Counted from the first letter of the stretch, positions 49,212 to 60,178 are shown. The stretch is DNA of 64,000 nt from an uncultured delta proteobacterium (GCA_963847445.1 CAWJZV010000023.1:128001-192000), one strand, 5' to 3'. Notes: a model not told the origin generated them from the sequence alone. A program made the numbers and translations.

Positions 49212-51534
49212 CTAGGGTCGCTGCCCGTGCAGTCCCCGCAGCACCTTCTCCGCGGTGATTGGCAACTCACGGATGCGCACGCCGGTGGCGTCGTTGACGG
49301 CGTTGGCGATCGCCGCGGCTACGGGCACGAGCGGCGGTTCGCCGAGCGCCTTGGCGCCGTAGGGGCCGATGGGGTCGGGCTGTTCGATGAATATTGCTTC
49401 GATGGGCGGGATATCGATCAAGTTGGGGATCTTGAACGAGTCCAGGTTGAGGGTTAGCGGCGCGCCGGTGTCAGGGTCCATGGGGATCTCTTCCATCAGC
49501 GCGTAGCCGATGCCTTGGACGACGCCGCCGATGATCTGGCCGCGCGCCGCTTCGGGATGAATGATCCTGCCGGAGTCATGCACGGCGACGTAGTTGAGCA
49601 CGCGCACGTAGCCGGTGTCGGGGTCGACTTCGACCGCGGCGAAGTGGGCGGCGAAGGAATTGATGATGTGGGTCTTGCTGCCGGCGCGCAGCTTGGCCTC
49701 GCCGACGATGGTCTGTTCAGGCTGGCGCCGGATGACGTGACCGACGGGAATTTTTATTTCCGGCGTGTCGGCGATCACGACAAATTCATCGCGCCACAGC
49801 AATTTTGCCGGCTCCACTTCGAGCAATTTCGCGGCGCTTTCGAGTAGCTGGCGCTTGGCGTCTTCGGCGGCCTGTTGCGCGGCCAGTCCTGACGTGAACG
49901 TCGTCGTGCTGCCGGAAGTGCTGTGCGCGAACGGCGTGGTGTCGGTGTCGGCAAAGGTCGCGTGAACTTTTGCCATATCCAGGCCGAGAGTTTCGGCGAC
50001 GATCTGACTGAGGATCGTCCATGCGCCCTGGCCGATCTCGGTGATGCTCATCAAAAGTTCGGCGCTGCCGTCGGCTGATAGTTTGACCCTGGCCGACGAT
50101 TGGGATTGCCCGGTTTTGTAAATGCACGCGGCCAAACCCATGCCGCGGTACTTGCCGTTGACTAGCCGTTTGCGCGGACCGTTGGGGCGCGCCTGCCAAC
50201 CGATTCGCTTCGCGCCTTCTTTGAGACATTGCGCCAAGAGATTGCTGGAAAAGGGCACGCCGCCTTCGATCGGTTGTGATGGAACTAAACTGTCAAGTGC
50301 CGTCACGCGCTCTCCCGGTTGGCCTTCGGCGCCCACGCAATGGCGCAAGCGGAACTCCAGCGGGTCGATGCGTAAACTTTCCGCGACTTCGTCGGCGAAG
50401 GATTCCAGGGCGAAATGGGCCTGCGGCGCGCCGAGGCCGCGATAGGAGCCGGCCACGGGACTGTTGGTGTAGGCGACTTTGCCGACGAAGCGCGCGTTGG
50501 CGCAGCTGTAAAGATAAGTGAGCCCGTGGCCCAGCCGGGAAGCGACGCCGTAGCCCGGCGCGTAGGGGCCGGTGTTGAGCGCGCTGGTGGTGTCGATGAC
50601 GGCTGATCGTGCCGTCCGCTTTGATGCCCATGCGAATACGCGTCGTGGTGGCGTGGCGCCATTTGCCGTAACCGAGTTCTTCCTCGCGGCTGTAGCCCAT
50701 GCGCACGGGCTGGCCGGCCTGGCGCGCGAGCAGCGCGGTGATGAGTCCCAATCGGGTTTCATCTTTGCTGCCGAAGCCGCCGCCAAGATAGGTGGCGAGG
50801 ACACGGACGCGGTCCGGCGGCAGTGAGAATGTCTTGGCGAGCTTGTCGCGATCGCCGTAGACGTTGCGACTGGCCTTCCATACCGTGAGCCGATCGCCTT
50901 GCCAGGACGCCACGGCGTAGCGCGGCTCCAGCGCCAGGGGACTGGTGGATTGCGTGCGATAGGTTTGCTCGAAGATCTGCGCGGCTTCCCGCATGCCGAG
51001 GTCGATATCGCCGCGCGAGAATTCAATCGCTTCTTTGCCGGCCAGGTTAGCGCCGCCACGCACCGACGGCGCATCGGCTTCGAGGGCGCGCTCTTCATTC
51101 AAGACGAAGGGCAGGGGACGATAGTCGACTTGAATCAAACGCAGTGCTTCTTCGGCGATCTCTTCGCTGTCGGCGGCGATGGCCGCGACTTCGTCGCCGA
51201 CGTGACGCAAGGTTCGATTGAGTAAATAAACCGGCGCCACCGCTCCGTCAGACCCTGAATCATCACCGGCTTCGAACGGGATTGCCGGCACATCGCGATA
51301 AGTGATCACCGCGCGTACGCCGGGCAACGCCTGGGCTTTCGCGGTGTCGATGGCGACGATCTGCGCATGAGCATGGGGACTGCGCAGGGTTTTACCGTAC
51401 AGCAGATTCTCGACCGACAGGCGGTCGCCGGAAAACTCGGCGGCGCCGGTGATCTTGCTATGGGCGTCGACGCGAGTGACTGACTGGCCGACGACGCGGA
51501 GAGCGGCCTGTTGCGGAGCAGGGAATTGCGACAT
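49212..51534 (-). CDS. Xanthine dehydrogenase family molybdopterin-binding subunit, frameshift near 50600
   Basis: RSPHAHA, GGGFGSK, SYRGLGAPQ, EIGQG, GQIIGG..QGIG.AL.E, GAKALGEP. Confidence 0.9.
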
Positions 51535-51698
51535 GGGGTATCGGAGCGCGCGAAATTTGCTCTTTGGATAGCAGAGCGGCGGCGTAACGACAAGCACAAA
51601 CTCTCAGCTTCTATGACTGAACTATTATGATGTCAGATTTACGGCGGTGGGTTTGACTTTATTCCTGAGACCGTGACATTTAGCATTGATCGCGAGGT

Positions 51699-52350
51699 AT
51701 GGAGTCCATGAACCGCACGCAAATCATCATCGTCCGCCATGGCCAGACTGAGTGGAACATTCGCGGCATTCGCCAGGGATATCTCGACAGTCCGCTGACG
51801 GATCGGGGGCTCGCTCAGGCGAAGGCGTTGGGGCAGCGTTTGGCGCGGGAGAAGTTCACGGCGTTGTACAGCAGCGATCTCGGTACGGGCGGTGCAGACG
51901 GCGCAAGAGGTCTCAAAGGTCACGGGGCACGCGATCGTTACCGACGCGCGCTTGCGCGAGCGTCATCTCGGGATATTCCAAGGGCTTAACGGTGAGGAGA
52001 TCGTCGCCAAGCATCCGGAAGAGCGGCGACTGATGCGCAGCCAGGGGCCTGGCTATGTCATTCCCGGTGGCGAGAGCATGGTGCAGCAGGTCGAGCGCAA
52101 TATGGCTTGCCTCAACGACCTCGCGGCCAGACATGTCGGCGAGCAGATCGTGGTGGTCACCCATGGCGGCGTGGTGAGCGGTTTTTTTCGCCACACCTTG
52201 GAGATTGCTCTCGAAGCGCCGCGCCGTTTCGAGTTCGTTAACGCCGGCTTAAACGTTTTTGCCCATGAAGACGGCAATTGGCTGCTGCTGACCTGGGGCG
52301 ATGTCAGTCATTTGGCACCCGGGGCGGCCAGCGAGGGGGATGATCCATAG
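51699..52350 (+). CDS. Histidine phosphatase (phosphoglycerate mutase family), frameshift near 51890
   Basis: VRHGQTEWN, YSSDL, LRER.LG, PGGES, VTHGG. Confidence 0.9.
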
Positions 52351-52370
52351 CCGCCGCGTATGCGGCGGTG

Positions 52371-52414
52371 GTTCCAAACGTTCCAATCGTTCAAGTCGTT
52401 CAAATTGTTTGAAC
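52371..52414. repeat. GTTC(C/A)A tandem repeat
   Basis: gttccaaac-gttccaatc-gttcaagtc-gttcaaatt. Confidence 0.7.
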
Positions 52415-52446
52415 TCGAAACCCGAAACGTCAGAAGTTCTCCTAGC

Positions 52447-53911
52447 TTAAACCGTCGCGCGTTTTTCCATTCGCACCGTAAAACCTGGCTGCTTGATATA
52501 GACTTGATTCGAGTCTTTGCGCTGCGCTAGCTGCTCGATGATTTTCACCAGCGGTTGGGTGGCGTCGAGGTATTCCCTGGGCTTGCCGTGGTTGGGCAGC
52601 GCTTTGACGTACTCTTCGCCGGCGAAGTAGTGCAAAATCAAGTCTTCGTCGGAGAGCTGGGCGCCGTATTTTTGGCGAATCTCATGTAAAGTCGGCTCCG
52701 GCTGTTCCCAATGCGTCCACTCCTTGGCGCGCGGCCGGCTGAGTATCTTGTCGCGCACGCTTGGGATCCATCACTTCGACCGCTTCCTTGCCCCAGATGC
52801 CCAAGGCGTACTGGATATTCTGGTCGGGCACTTCTTTGTAGCGCTCGCCGACGATGACGTTGATCGCCGCCTGGGTGCCGACGAATTGCGACAAGGGCGT
52901 GACCATGATCGGATAGCCGAAGTCTTTGCGCACCTGGCCGGCTTCTTCCAGCGCGGCTTCCATCAAATGCTCTTTGCCGACGATCTTCAGTTGATGGCGC
53001 ATGTTGGAGATCATGCCGCCGGGCACTTGGTGCCGATACATGCCCTCGTCATATTCAACCGGCTTGCCGATGGGCAGGCCGTCGCGTTGGGCGACCGCGG
53101 TAAAATGTTTCACCACCGGCTCCAACGGCTTCAAGTCAATCTGCGGATCGTAGCCCAGCGCTTTCAGATTGCTGGCGATGTTAAAGATCGACGGCTGCGA
53201 TGAGCCGTTGGCCAGCGGCGGGATCGCGGTGTGCAGGATGCGCATGCCGAGCTTGACGCCTTCCAAGTAATTCAGCGGCGCCTGACCGCTGTTGCAGTGG
53301 GCGTGAAACTCCACCGGGATATCGCCGGCGGCTTTCAAGACGACCGGGATCAGTGTACGCGCGCGGTCGGGCGTGAGCAGGCCGCCGACGTCTTTGAAGC
53401 AGATGCGCCAGGGATGGGCCGCCGCGGCTTCCTTGGCTTTCCTGGCGTAGTACTCGTCGGTGTGGCGCGGCGACACTGAATAGATAAGATTGGCCACGGC
53501 GTCCATGCCATGTTTTTTCAAATCGGCGATCTCTTCGCCGAAGGCGTCATAGTCGTTCCAACAGTTCGACGTGCGCGTCAGGGTCAGGCCGTAGGAAACC
53601 AACCGTTCGACTAAAAGTTTGAGAATACAATGCGGCGTCTTCTCGAAGGCGCTATGCATGCCGCCATGGTAGCGCAGGCGGGTTTTCTTGATCAGCTTGG
53701 TGCCTTCCTTGAGCCAGTACCAGGGGTTTTCTTTGTGCTCGCGGACATATTTCTTGAAGATGACGCTCAAGAAAAACTCCATGGACTCGAAACCGGCTTC
53801 GTCCATATGCGGCAGCGCCGGCAGCATGGAGCCGATCTTCATGTTCAGCGCCCAGAGGCTTTGGTTGCCGTCGCGGACTGTGGTGTCGATGAAGCGAACT
53901 TGGTTATTCAT
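52447..53911 (-). CDS. Pyruvate carboxylase subunit B / oxaloacetate decarboxylase alpha-like carboxyltransferase without biotinyl domain, frameshift near 52760
   Basis: DTTVRDGNQSL, CFKDVGGLL, FHAHCNSG, HQVPGGMISN, GYPIMVTPLSQFVG. Confidence 0.85.
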
Positions 53912-53928
53912 TGATCCTCCGGAATAGC

Positions 53929-53998
53929 GTTCAAGAGTTCAAGGTTCAAAGTTCAAGGTCGGATGTTCCAATTGTTCCAATCGTCTAATCGGTTCCAA
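53929..53998. repeat. GTTCAA / GTTCCAAT tandem repeats
   Basis: gttcaaga-gttcaag-gttcaaa-gttcaag ... gttccaatt-gttccaatc. Confidence 0.75.
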
Positions 53999-54071
53999 TC
54001 TGGATGACTTTGACGTTTCTGTATCTGTATAAATTCTTGGGTAGAGATCAAACGACGGGGAGGACGAGTCG

Positions 54072-54491
54072 ATGAAAAGCTTTCGCAAAGAGCTGTGGTT
54101 CAATACGCCGACGCGGGTGGCGTTCGTCAATATCACGGCGCAGGTTGACGCGTGTCTGCGCGAGAGTGGGGTGAAAGAGGGGATGGTGCTGGTCAATGCC
54201 ATGCACATCACCGCCTCGGTGTTCATCAACGACGACGAGGCGGGTTTGCATCACGATTACACCGTCTGGCTGGAAAAGCTCGCGCCGCACGAGCCGATCA
54301 AGCAATACCGCCACAACGACACCGGCGAGGACAATGCCGATGCGCATATCAAGCGCCAGGTGATGGGCCGTGAAGTGGTGGTGGCGATCACCGATGGCAA
54401 GCTCGACTTCGGTCCGTGGGAGCAGATTTTTTACGGCGAGTTCGATGGCCGGCGCAGAAAGCGCGTGTTGGTGAAGATTATCGGCGAATAG
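54072..54491 (+). CDS. yjbQ: YjbQ/UPF0047 family protein
   Basis: [29 protein letters not shown]. Confidence 0.9.
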   Translation: MKSFRKELWFNTPTRVAFVNITAQVDACLRESGVKEGMVLVNAMHITASVFINDDEAGLHHDYTVWLEKLAPHEPIKQYRHNDTGEDNADAHIKRQVMGREVVVAITDGKLDFGPWEQIFYGEFDGRRRKRVLVKIIGE

Positions 54492-54518
54492 ACGAATGCT
54501 CTTCGGCGCTAAGCCGAT

Positions 54519-54662
54519 GGGGTCTGAATTCGTCGACTGGAAGTCGACTCTTCCGTCCGTCATTCCGGCGGAGGCCGGAATCCAGTATTTTGTACTGGAA
54601 CTGAAATCGAACCTGGATGCCGGCTTTCACCGGCATGACAAATCCACTATCCGCTTGAAGGC
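54519..54662. repeat. CGTC-tagged palindromic repeat (MITE-like), copy 2
   Basis: CGTCATTCCGGCGGAGGCCGGAATCCA ... CTGGATGCCGGCTTTCACCGGCATGAC. Confidence 0.75.
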
Positions 54663-54751
54663 GAGGGAATTCGACCGTCTCCGAGAGAGACCTTAGGTGA
54701 TTACGCTTGGCGTAATTGATCGGTGGCCGGCTTGACCGATAGAGTGCGCGG

Positions 54752-55987
54752 ATGGAAAAGCGATTTTTTAAGCCGCGACCGCAGAATGCTCGCCACGGTC
54801 GGGTCGAGCCGTCGGATGGGGCGGACCGCGGCCCCTACCAGGCGCCATGCCGCCATTATCCCAACTGTATCGGCTGTCCGTTTATCGATCTGCCCTATCC
54901 TGAACAGCTGGTGCGTAAACGCGCGCTGGTTGGCGAGGCGTTTGGCAAGTTCGCCGCGCTGAAGGATATTCAGATTCCCGAAGTCGTGCCGTCGCCGCGC
55001 CGTCTGGGTTATCGCGCGCGGGTCAAGCTGGTGGTGCGCAAGAGCGGCGGAACCATTGCGACCGGACTCTACGTGCCGCAGACGCACCGGGTGATGGATA
55101 TCTCGTCGTGCCCGGTGCACCCGCGCCGGGTCAATCAAGTGCTGGAGTATCTGAAGTTTCGCGCGCTGGAGTTGGGGATCGTTCCCTACGACGAGCGCGA
55201 CGACAGCGGCGATCTGCGCTACGTCGACTTTCGCTATAGCTTTGCCCGGCAGGAAGTCAGTGTGACGTTGGTCAGCCGCCATCCGGTATTGCCCGAGGGT
55301 GAAATGCTGGCGCGGGCATTGCAGCGTAAATTCTCATTTGTCACCGGCGTGATCCTCAATATCAATGAAAACCGCGGCAACGTGATCTGGGGCGCGGTCA
55401 ACCGCATGCTCTCCGGCCGTGAAACCCTGTTAGAACAAATTGGCGGCCTCAAGTTGGTCTATCCCGCCGGGGTGTTTTCCCAGTCCAATCCCAACACTGC
55501 GCAAAAACTCTACGACCATGTGATCGAGTTGGCGCAACTGACTGGTAAAGAGTCGGTGCTCGATCTTTACTGCGGCGTCGGGCCGATCTCGCTCAATCTC
55601 GCGCCTGGAGCGCGCCAGGTCTGGGGCATCGACGACAACGAAGCCGGCATCACCACGGCGAAGCAAAACGCCCGGCGCAACGGCGTCGGCAACAGCCGTT
55701 TCTTCGCCGGCGACGCCGCGGCGATGGTGCAGCAGCTGCGCGGGCAATTGATTGCGCTCGATCTGATCGTCGCCAATCCCCCGCGCAAAGGTTTCCAGGC
55801 CGCTGCTCTTGCTGCCGTGCTGGAATTGCGCGCGCCGAAGCTCATTTATGTCTCCTGCGAACCGACCAGCTTGGCGCGCGATTTGGAAAAACTCGTGCAG
55901 GCCGGTTACCGCATTCAATCGGTGCAGCCTTTCGATATGTTTCCGCAGACCGCGGAGGTGGAGACGGTGGTGGCGCTGCAGCTTTGA
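54752..55987 (+). CDS. rlmD: 23S rRNA (uracil-5)-methyltransferase, RlmD/TrmA family
   Basis: CRHYPNCIGC Fe-S motif, FSQSN, DLYCGVG, NPPRKG, YVSCEP, DMFPQT.EVE. Confidence 0.85.
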   Translation: MEKRFFKPRPQNARHGRVEPSDGADRGPYQAPCRHYPNCIGCPFIDLPYPEQLVRKRALVGEAFGKFAALKDIQIPEVVPSPRRLGYRARVKLVVRKSGGTIATGLYVPQTHRVMDISSCPVHPRRVNQVLEYLKFRALELGIVPYDERDDSGDLRYVDFRYSFARQEVSVTLVSRHPVLPEGEMLARALQRKFSFVTGVILNINENRGNVIWGAVNRMLSGRETLLEQIGGLKLVYPAGVFSQSNPNTAQKLYDHVIELAQLTGKESVLDLYCGVGPISLNLAPGARQVWGIDDNEAGITTAKQNARRNGVGNSRFFAGDAAAMVQQLRGQLIALDLIVANPPRKGFQAAALAAVLELRAPKLIYVSCEPTSLARDLEKLVQAGYRIQSVQPFDMFPQTAEVETVVALQL

Positions 55988-56004
55988 TCGAGGCTATCGA
56001 ACAT

Positions 56005-56090
56005 CCCCCTTTGAAAAAGGGGAACTGCGGGGGATTTGAAGGTAGTGCGTATCAGAAAATCCATCTTCCCCCTTTTTTCAACGGTGGGGT
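56005..56090. repeat. CCCCCTTT..AAAGGGG / GGGGGATTT palindromic repeat pair
   Basis: ccccctttgaaaaaggggaactgcgggggattt ... aaatccatcttccccctttttt. Confidence 0.6.
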
Positions 56091-56206
56091 ATCTAACTCA
56101 ATATCGGGATTTGTTGGTTCAAGTACTGATTCACCACGCTCGGTTGCGTTTTTCCTCGGTCGTATGGTTTGATGGCTCAAAATCTAATCTATTGTGGAGG
56201 TTCTCC

Positions 56207-56647
56207 ATGGCTGATTTGCAAGTTCAAGGCGTGGTTCACTGGTCGATCCCGGTGAATAATTTGGAGGAATCGGAAAAGTTTTACGGCGAGATTCTCGGTC
56301 TGGAGTCCAAGGGACGTTTGGGTGGCTCGAAAATGTCCTGCTTCAAAGCCGGCAGCCACGATATTCTGCTGTGCGAGCGCAAGGAGTCATTGACCCGCAC
56401 GCCGCAGCAGGACAACCGCCTGCATCATGCGTTTATGGTCAGCCCGGACATGTGGGAGCGCGGCGCCAAGCTGTTGCACGAGAAGGGCGTCAAGATCGCC
56501 GAAGCGATCGTCTATCGCGAGAAGGGCCACTTCACCGGGCGTGAATTGTACTTTCTCGATCCGAGCGGCAACATGCTCGAACTTTGCGATCCGACCTGGA
56601 AGCCGGGCATGCCGACACCGACCTACGAAGAGATCGTCGGAAAATAA
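56207..56647 (+). CDS. VOC/glyoxalase family protein
   Basis: VHWSIPV.NLEES..FY..ILG, HHAF, YFLDPSGNMLE; RBS GGAGG. Confidence 0.88.
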   Translation: MADLQVQGVVHWSIPVNNLEESEKFYGEILGLESKGRLGGSKMSCFKAGSHDILLCERKESLTRTPQQDNRLHHAFMVSPDMWERGAKLLHEKGVKIAEAIVYREKGHFTGRELYFLDPSGNMLELCDPTWKPGMPTPTYEEIVGK

Positions 56648-56664
56648 GTGATTCGGATATTCCT

Positions 56665-56815
56665 CTCGCAAAGGCGCAAGGTACGCGCAAGTTCGTGAAT
56701 CGCCGTATTGTCATTTCGACCAAAGGGAGAAATCTTTCTTAGATCCCTCGTGCCTTCGCTCGGGATGACGGGCATTCGTCCGTCACCTTTGCGGCCTTGG
56801 CGTCTTTGCGGGAGA
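56665..56815. repeat. CGCAAAG inverted pair enclosing a GTCAT..ATGAC palindrome
   Basis: ctcgcaaaggcgcaag ... gtcatttcga..agaaatct..agatccctcg..tcgggatgac ... cttggcgtctttgcgggag. Confidence 0.7.
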
Positions 56816-56845
56816 TACTCCGATTCTCTAAACCCGAAACGATCT

Positions 56846-58100
56846 TCACTCCGACCGATAGTGCCACAGCTGGGGGATCGCCCAGCAAGTGCCGACGACG
56901 GTAAGGGCGCAGAGCACGCAGCCGACCAGCGCGGCGTTGGGGGCGCCGATGAGGGCGGCGCCGGCGCCGGCGATGACCGCGCCGGTGGCGTTGGTGGTCT
57001 GGGCGAAGACGGTGAGAAAGCTGGTGGCGCGGCCGCGCATGTCGTCGGGCGCCAGGATCTGCACGACGGTGCGGCGCATGGCGACGCTGATGGCGTCGCT
57101 GATGCCGAGCAGCCCGACGGCGATCAGTCCCATCCAAAACCATTGGGACAATCCCAACAGACCCAAGCTCAAGGCGAACAGCAGTGTGACGATGACCGAC
57201 AGCGCGCCCTTGCGCTTGACGTCGCCGAAGGCGAGCAGGATACCCGAGCCGATCAGCGCGCCGATGGCCGGGCGAGGCGTAGAGCATGCCGAGTCCGCGC
57301 GCGCCGACATGATAGATTTCATCGGCGAAGATCGGCAGGATCGGCCGGTAGAAGCCGAACAGCACGGCAAAAAAATCAAGCACGAAGAGCGAGAGAATGA
57401 TCCGCGTGTGCCAGATAAACTCGACGCCTTCGATCAGGCTGTGCCAGCCGATCTTGCGCCGCTGGCCCTGCGGCATGCCCGAAGCGCGAATCATTAACGC
57501 GGCGAGCACCGACGGCAGCGGCAAGCAGGCGTCGACAAAGTAGGACGCCTGGACGCCGAAGAAGTCGATCATGAAGCCGGCGATCACCGGCGCGGTGAGC
57601 TGGGTTCCCTGCATCATCAAGGTCGACAAGGTCACGGCGTTGAGCAGATGGGACTGCGGGATCAGACTCGGAATGATCGCCTGGCGCGCCGGGCCGCCGA
57701 GGACTTGGAGGGCGCCGGCGAAGACCATCAGAACATTGATGTGCCAGACTTGAATCGAGCCGCTGACGGTTAGCAGCGCGAGCAGCAGATCCGGGCACGA
57801 TGTTGAGGCTATGGGTGATGGCGATCAGTTTCTTGCGATTGAGCGTGTCGGCGAGCACGCCGCCGAACAGGCCGAAAAAGATAAACGGCGCGGCTTGAAA
57901 GAAGCCGGTGAAGCCGAGCTGCACCGATGAGCCGGACAGTTGGTAGACGTGGTACAAGCGTCGCCACGTTGCGCATGTGGTTCGAGGTGTTGCCGCACAG
58001 GATCGCCGTGAAGATCAAGCGGTAGTCGCGGATCAGCAGCGACGACCAGGGGCGGATTACGGTGTCAGCGGGATTGGGTATGATCTGAAGGTTCGCTCAC
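56846..58100 (-). CDS. MFS transporter (EntS/MFS_3-like), several frameshifts
   Basis: IRDYRLIF, GGVLADTLNRK, PARQAIIP, LPIFADEI, APDDMRGR; start approximate. Confidence 0.85.
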
Positions 58101-58228
58101 TCGGTGGTTATGCTCCGGAAGGTTTCTGCGTCCCGCCAATGTATCGGTTCGACTAAAGTGGGTCAAACGTTATTGATCTCTTGGCGCGGCGCGCCATAGA
58201 ATCGCGACCAACGAATATCGGATTATCT

Positions 58229-58345
58229 CCCGCAAAGACGCAGCGCTAAGTTCGCAAAGCTCGGATAATCCGCAGTGAAATGCATTCGAAGAGATTTTAC
58301 ATCTTTCGCCGATGCGAACTTAGCGACTTTGCGCCTTTGCGGGAG
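58229..58345. repeat. CGCAAAG inverted pair
   Basis: cccgcaaagacgcagcgctaagttcgc ... gcgaacttagcgactttgcgcctttgcgggag. Confidence 0.7.
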
Positions 58346-58381
58346 TAATTTCCGACTCCGATTAAACTACGACGAGGTGTA

Positions 58382-59483
58382 ATGATGTACATTGACGGCG
58401 ATACTCACTACTGGCCGGTGCGATTTATCGACAAGGTCGATCATCCGGGGCGCGGCCATATCGAATTCCAAAAAGGCACCGGCGCGGTGATCCGCTTCGG
58501 CGTCGACTTTCCCGGCGATGCCGCGACTTACTTTCGCGACGGCAAGAAGATTCACTCGTTCAGCGAGACCCGGTGGAATCTCGACATGCACCACGATGTC
58601 ATGGTGCGCGAAGGTTTCGACTATCAGGTCGTCATCGCCGACAACCGGCCGCTGATCTACGAAGTGGAGCGCGATCTCGGCGTCGCCATGGCGCGCGCTT
58701 ACAACGACACGGTGGCCGAAGATATCGCCGGCCGCGAGCGCTTTCTCGGCATCGCCTGGGTTTACTTGCCCGACGTCGACGAGTCGATCCGCGAGCTGCG
58801 CCGCTGCGGTCAAAGAGCTCGGCTTCAAAGGCGTCAAGCTGATGGGCGGCCACGCCAACTGCGATCTCGATGCCGAGGTGCTCTGGCCGTTTTACGAAGA
58901 AGTCTGCAAGCTCGATGTGCCGATCCTGGTCCATCCCGGCACGCGGGTCTTCGAAGCGCAGGATTGCCATCCCTGGCTGGTCGGCAGCGACCGTTACGAC
59001 GGCTTCAAGATGCTCGCGACGGCGCTCGGATTTCCGTTGACCTACATGGTCAGCGCGGCGCGTTTGATCATGAGCGGCGTGCTCGACCGCTTTCCCGATC
59101 TGCGCATTTCGTTTTTCGAAGGCGGCATCGGCTGGGTGCCCTGGCTGATGAAGACGCTCAACCACCACACGCTGTCGGCGTCGCCAGGCACGACTTCGGT
59201 CAACGACTTTTTCCGCAAGCGCGACAAACTCAAACGCGCGCCGAGCGACTATTTCGATCAGCTCTACATCGCCGCCATCGCCTGGGAGGACTACCTGCCG
59301 CAGATCGTCGAAGTCTGGCCCAACCACAACATCATCATCGGCAGCGACTTCGACCACGGCGACGCGATCTCGACCTGGCCCAATACCATCGCGCCGATCA
59401 AGGCGATGAAGGGGATTTCGGAGGCAGATAAGGAAAAGATTTTAGGCGGCAACGCGATGCGGTTGTTCGGGATGAAAGGATAG
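58382..59483 (+). CDS. Amidohydrolase_2 family protein, frameshift near 58808
   Basis: IDGDTH, PILVHPG, SGVLDRFP, EGGIGW, GSDFDH. Confidence 0.87.
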
Positions 59484-59489
59484 TCGGAA

Positions 59490-60178
59490 GGGCGTATGCA
59501 ATACGCCCCTACGAAGCCATCGGAGATTGCCATGGCCGACGACAACGTTGATCGTCAACGCCGTTCCATTCGATTGGCGCATTACGACTATAGCCAGGAC
59601 GGAGCGTATTTCTTGACGCTCTGTGTGCATGATCGACTCTCTATATTTGGCCAGATCGTAGATGGTGTCATGCAACTTAACGAGTGCGGCTCGCTTGTAG
59701 CGTCCGAATGGTGTCGAACATCTGCAATTCGTCCCCATGTGGCATTGGACGAGTTCGTAGTGATGCCAAACCACTTTCACGCCATAATCGCGATCGAGGA
59801 CTCCCGTAGGGGCGTATTGCCATACGCCCATCCGAGATTTCAATCACCGTCGCAGAGTCTTGGCTCGATAGTGCGCGGGTTTAAATCAGCGACAACGACG
59901 TTGATTAACTCTATGCGAAATTCTCGCGGCGCTCCCGTATGGCAAAGAAACTATTACGAGCATGTGATTCGGAATGAAAGCGAGCTAACTCGCATTCGCG
60001 AGTACATCGTTAACAATCCGCATCAGTGGACCTTGGATCGAGAAAATCCGCAGAAGGGCGTATATCAATACGCCCCTACGGACGGAATCGAAGACATCTT
60101 CGGTGGCATTCGACCGTGACAGCTCTTTTGCAACGAGGTGTTTTACCCGAAAATCTCTTGTAGCGTATTGCATACGCC
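59490..60178 (+). mobile_element. REPtron: RAYT gene with four cognate GTAG REPs
   Basis: REP consensus GTAGGGGCGTATTGCATACGCCC at 59490-59512, 59806-59829, 60056-60079 and, degenerate, 60160-60178. Confidence 0.85.
59532..60119 (+). CDS. REP-associated tyrosine (Y1/HUH) transposase
   Basis: RRSIRL..YDYSQ.GAYFLT, HUH motif MPNHFH, WQRNYYEHVIR, catalytic Tyr in REYI.NNP. Confidence 0.9.
   Translation: MADDNVDRQRRSIRLAHYDYSQDGAYFLTLCVHDRLSIFGQIVDGVMQLNECGSLVASEWCRTSAIRPHVALDEFVVMPNHFHAIIAIEDSRRGVLPYAHPRFQSPSQSLGSIVRGFKSATTTLINSMRNSRGAPVWQRNYYEHVIRNESELTRIREYIVNNPHQWTLDRENPQKGVYQYAPTDGIEDIFGGIRP

Noticed and set aside
49212-51534. Aerobic CO dehydrogenase CoxL
   Set aside because: Active-site loop is SYRGLG, not the form I AYxCSFR; no coxMS adjacent
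6053-53998. Tandem GTTCAA arrays as CRISPR repeats
   Set aside because: Units are 7-9 nt without unique 30-40 nt spacers, and no cas genes are present
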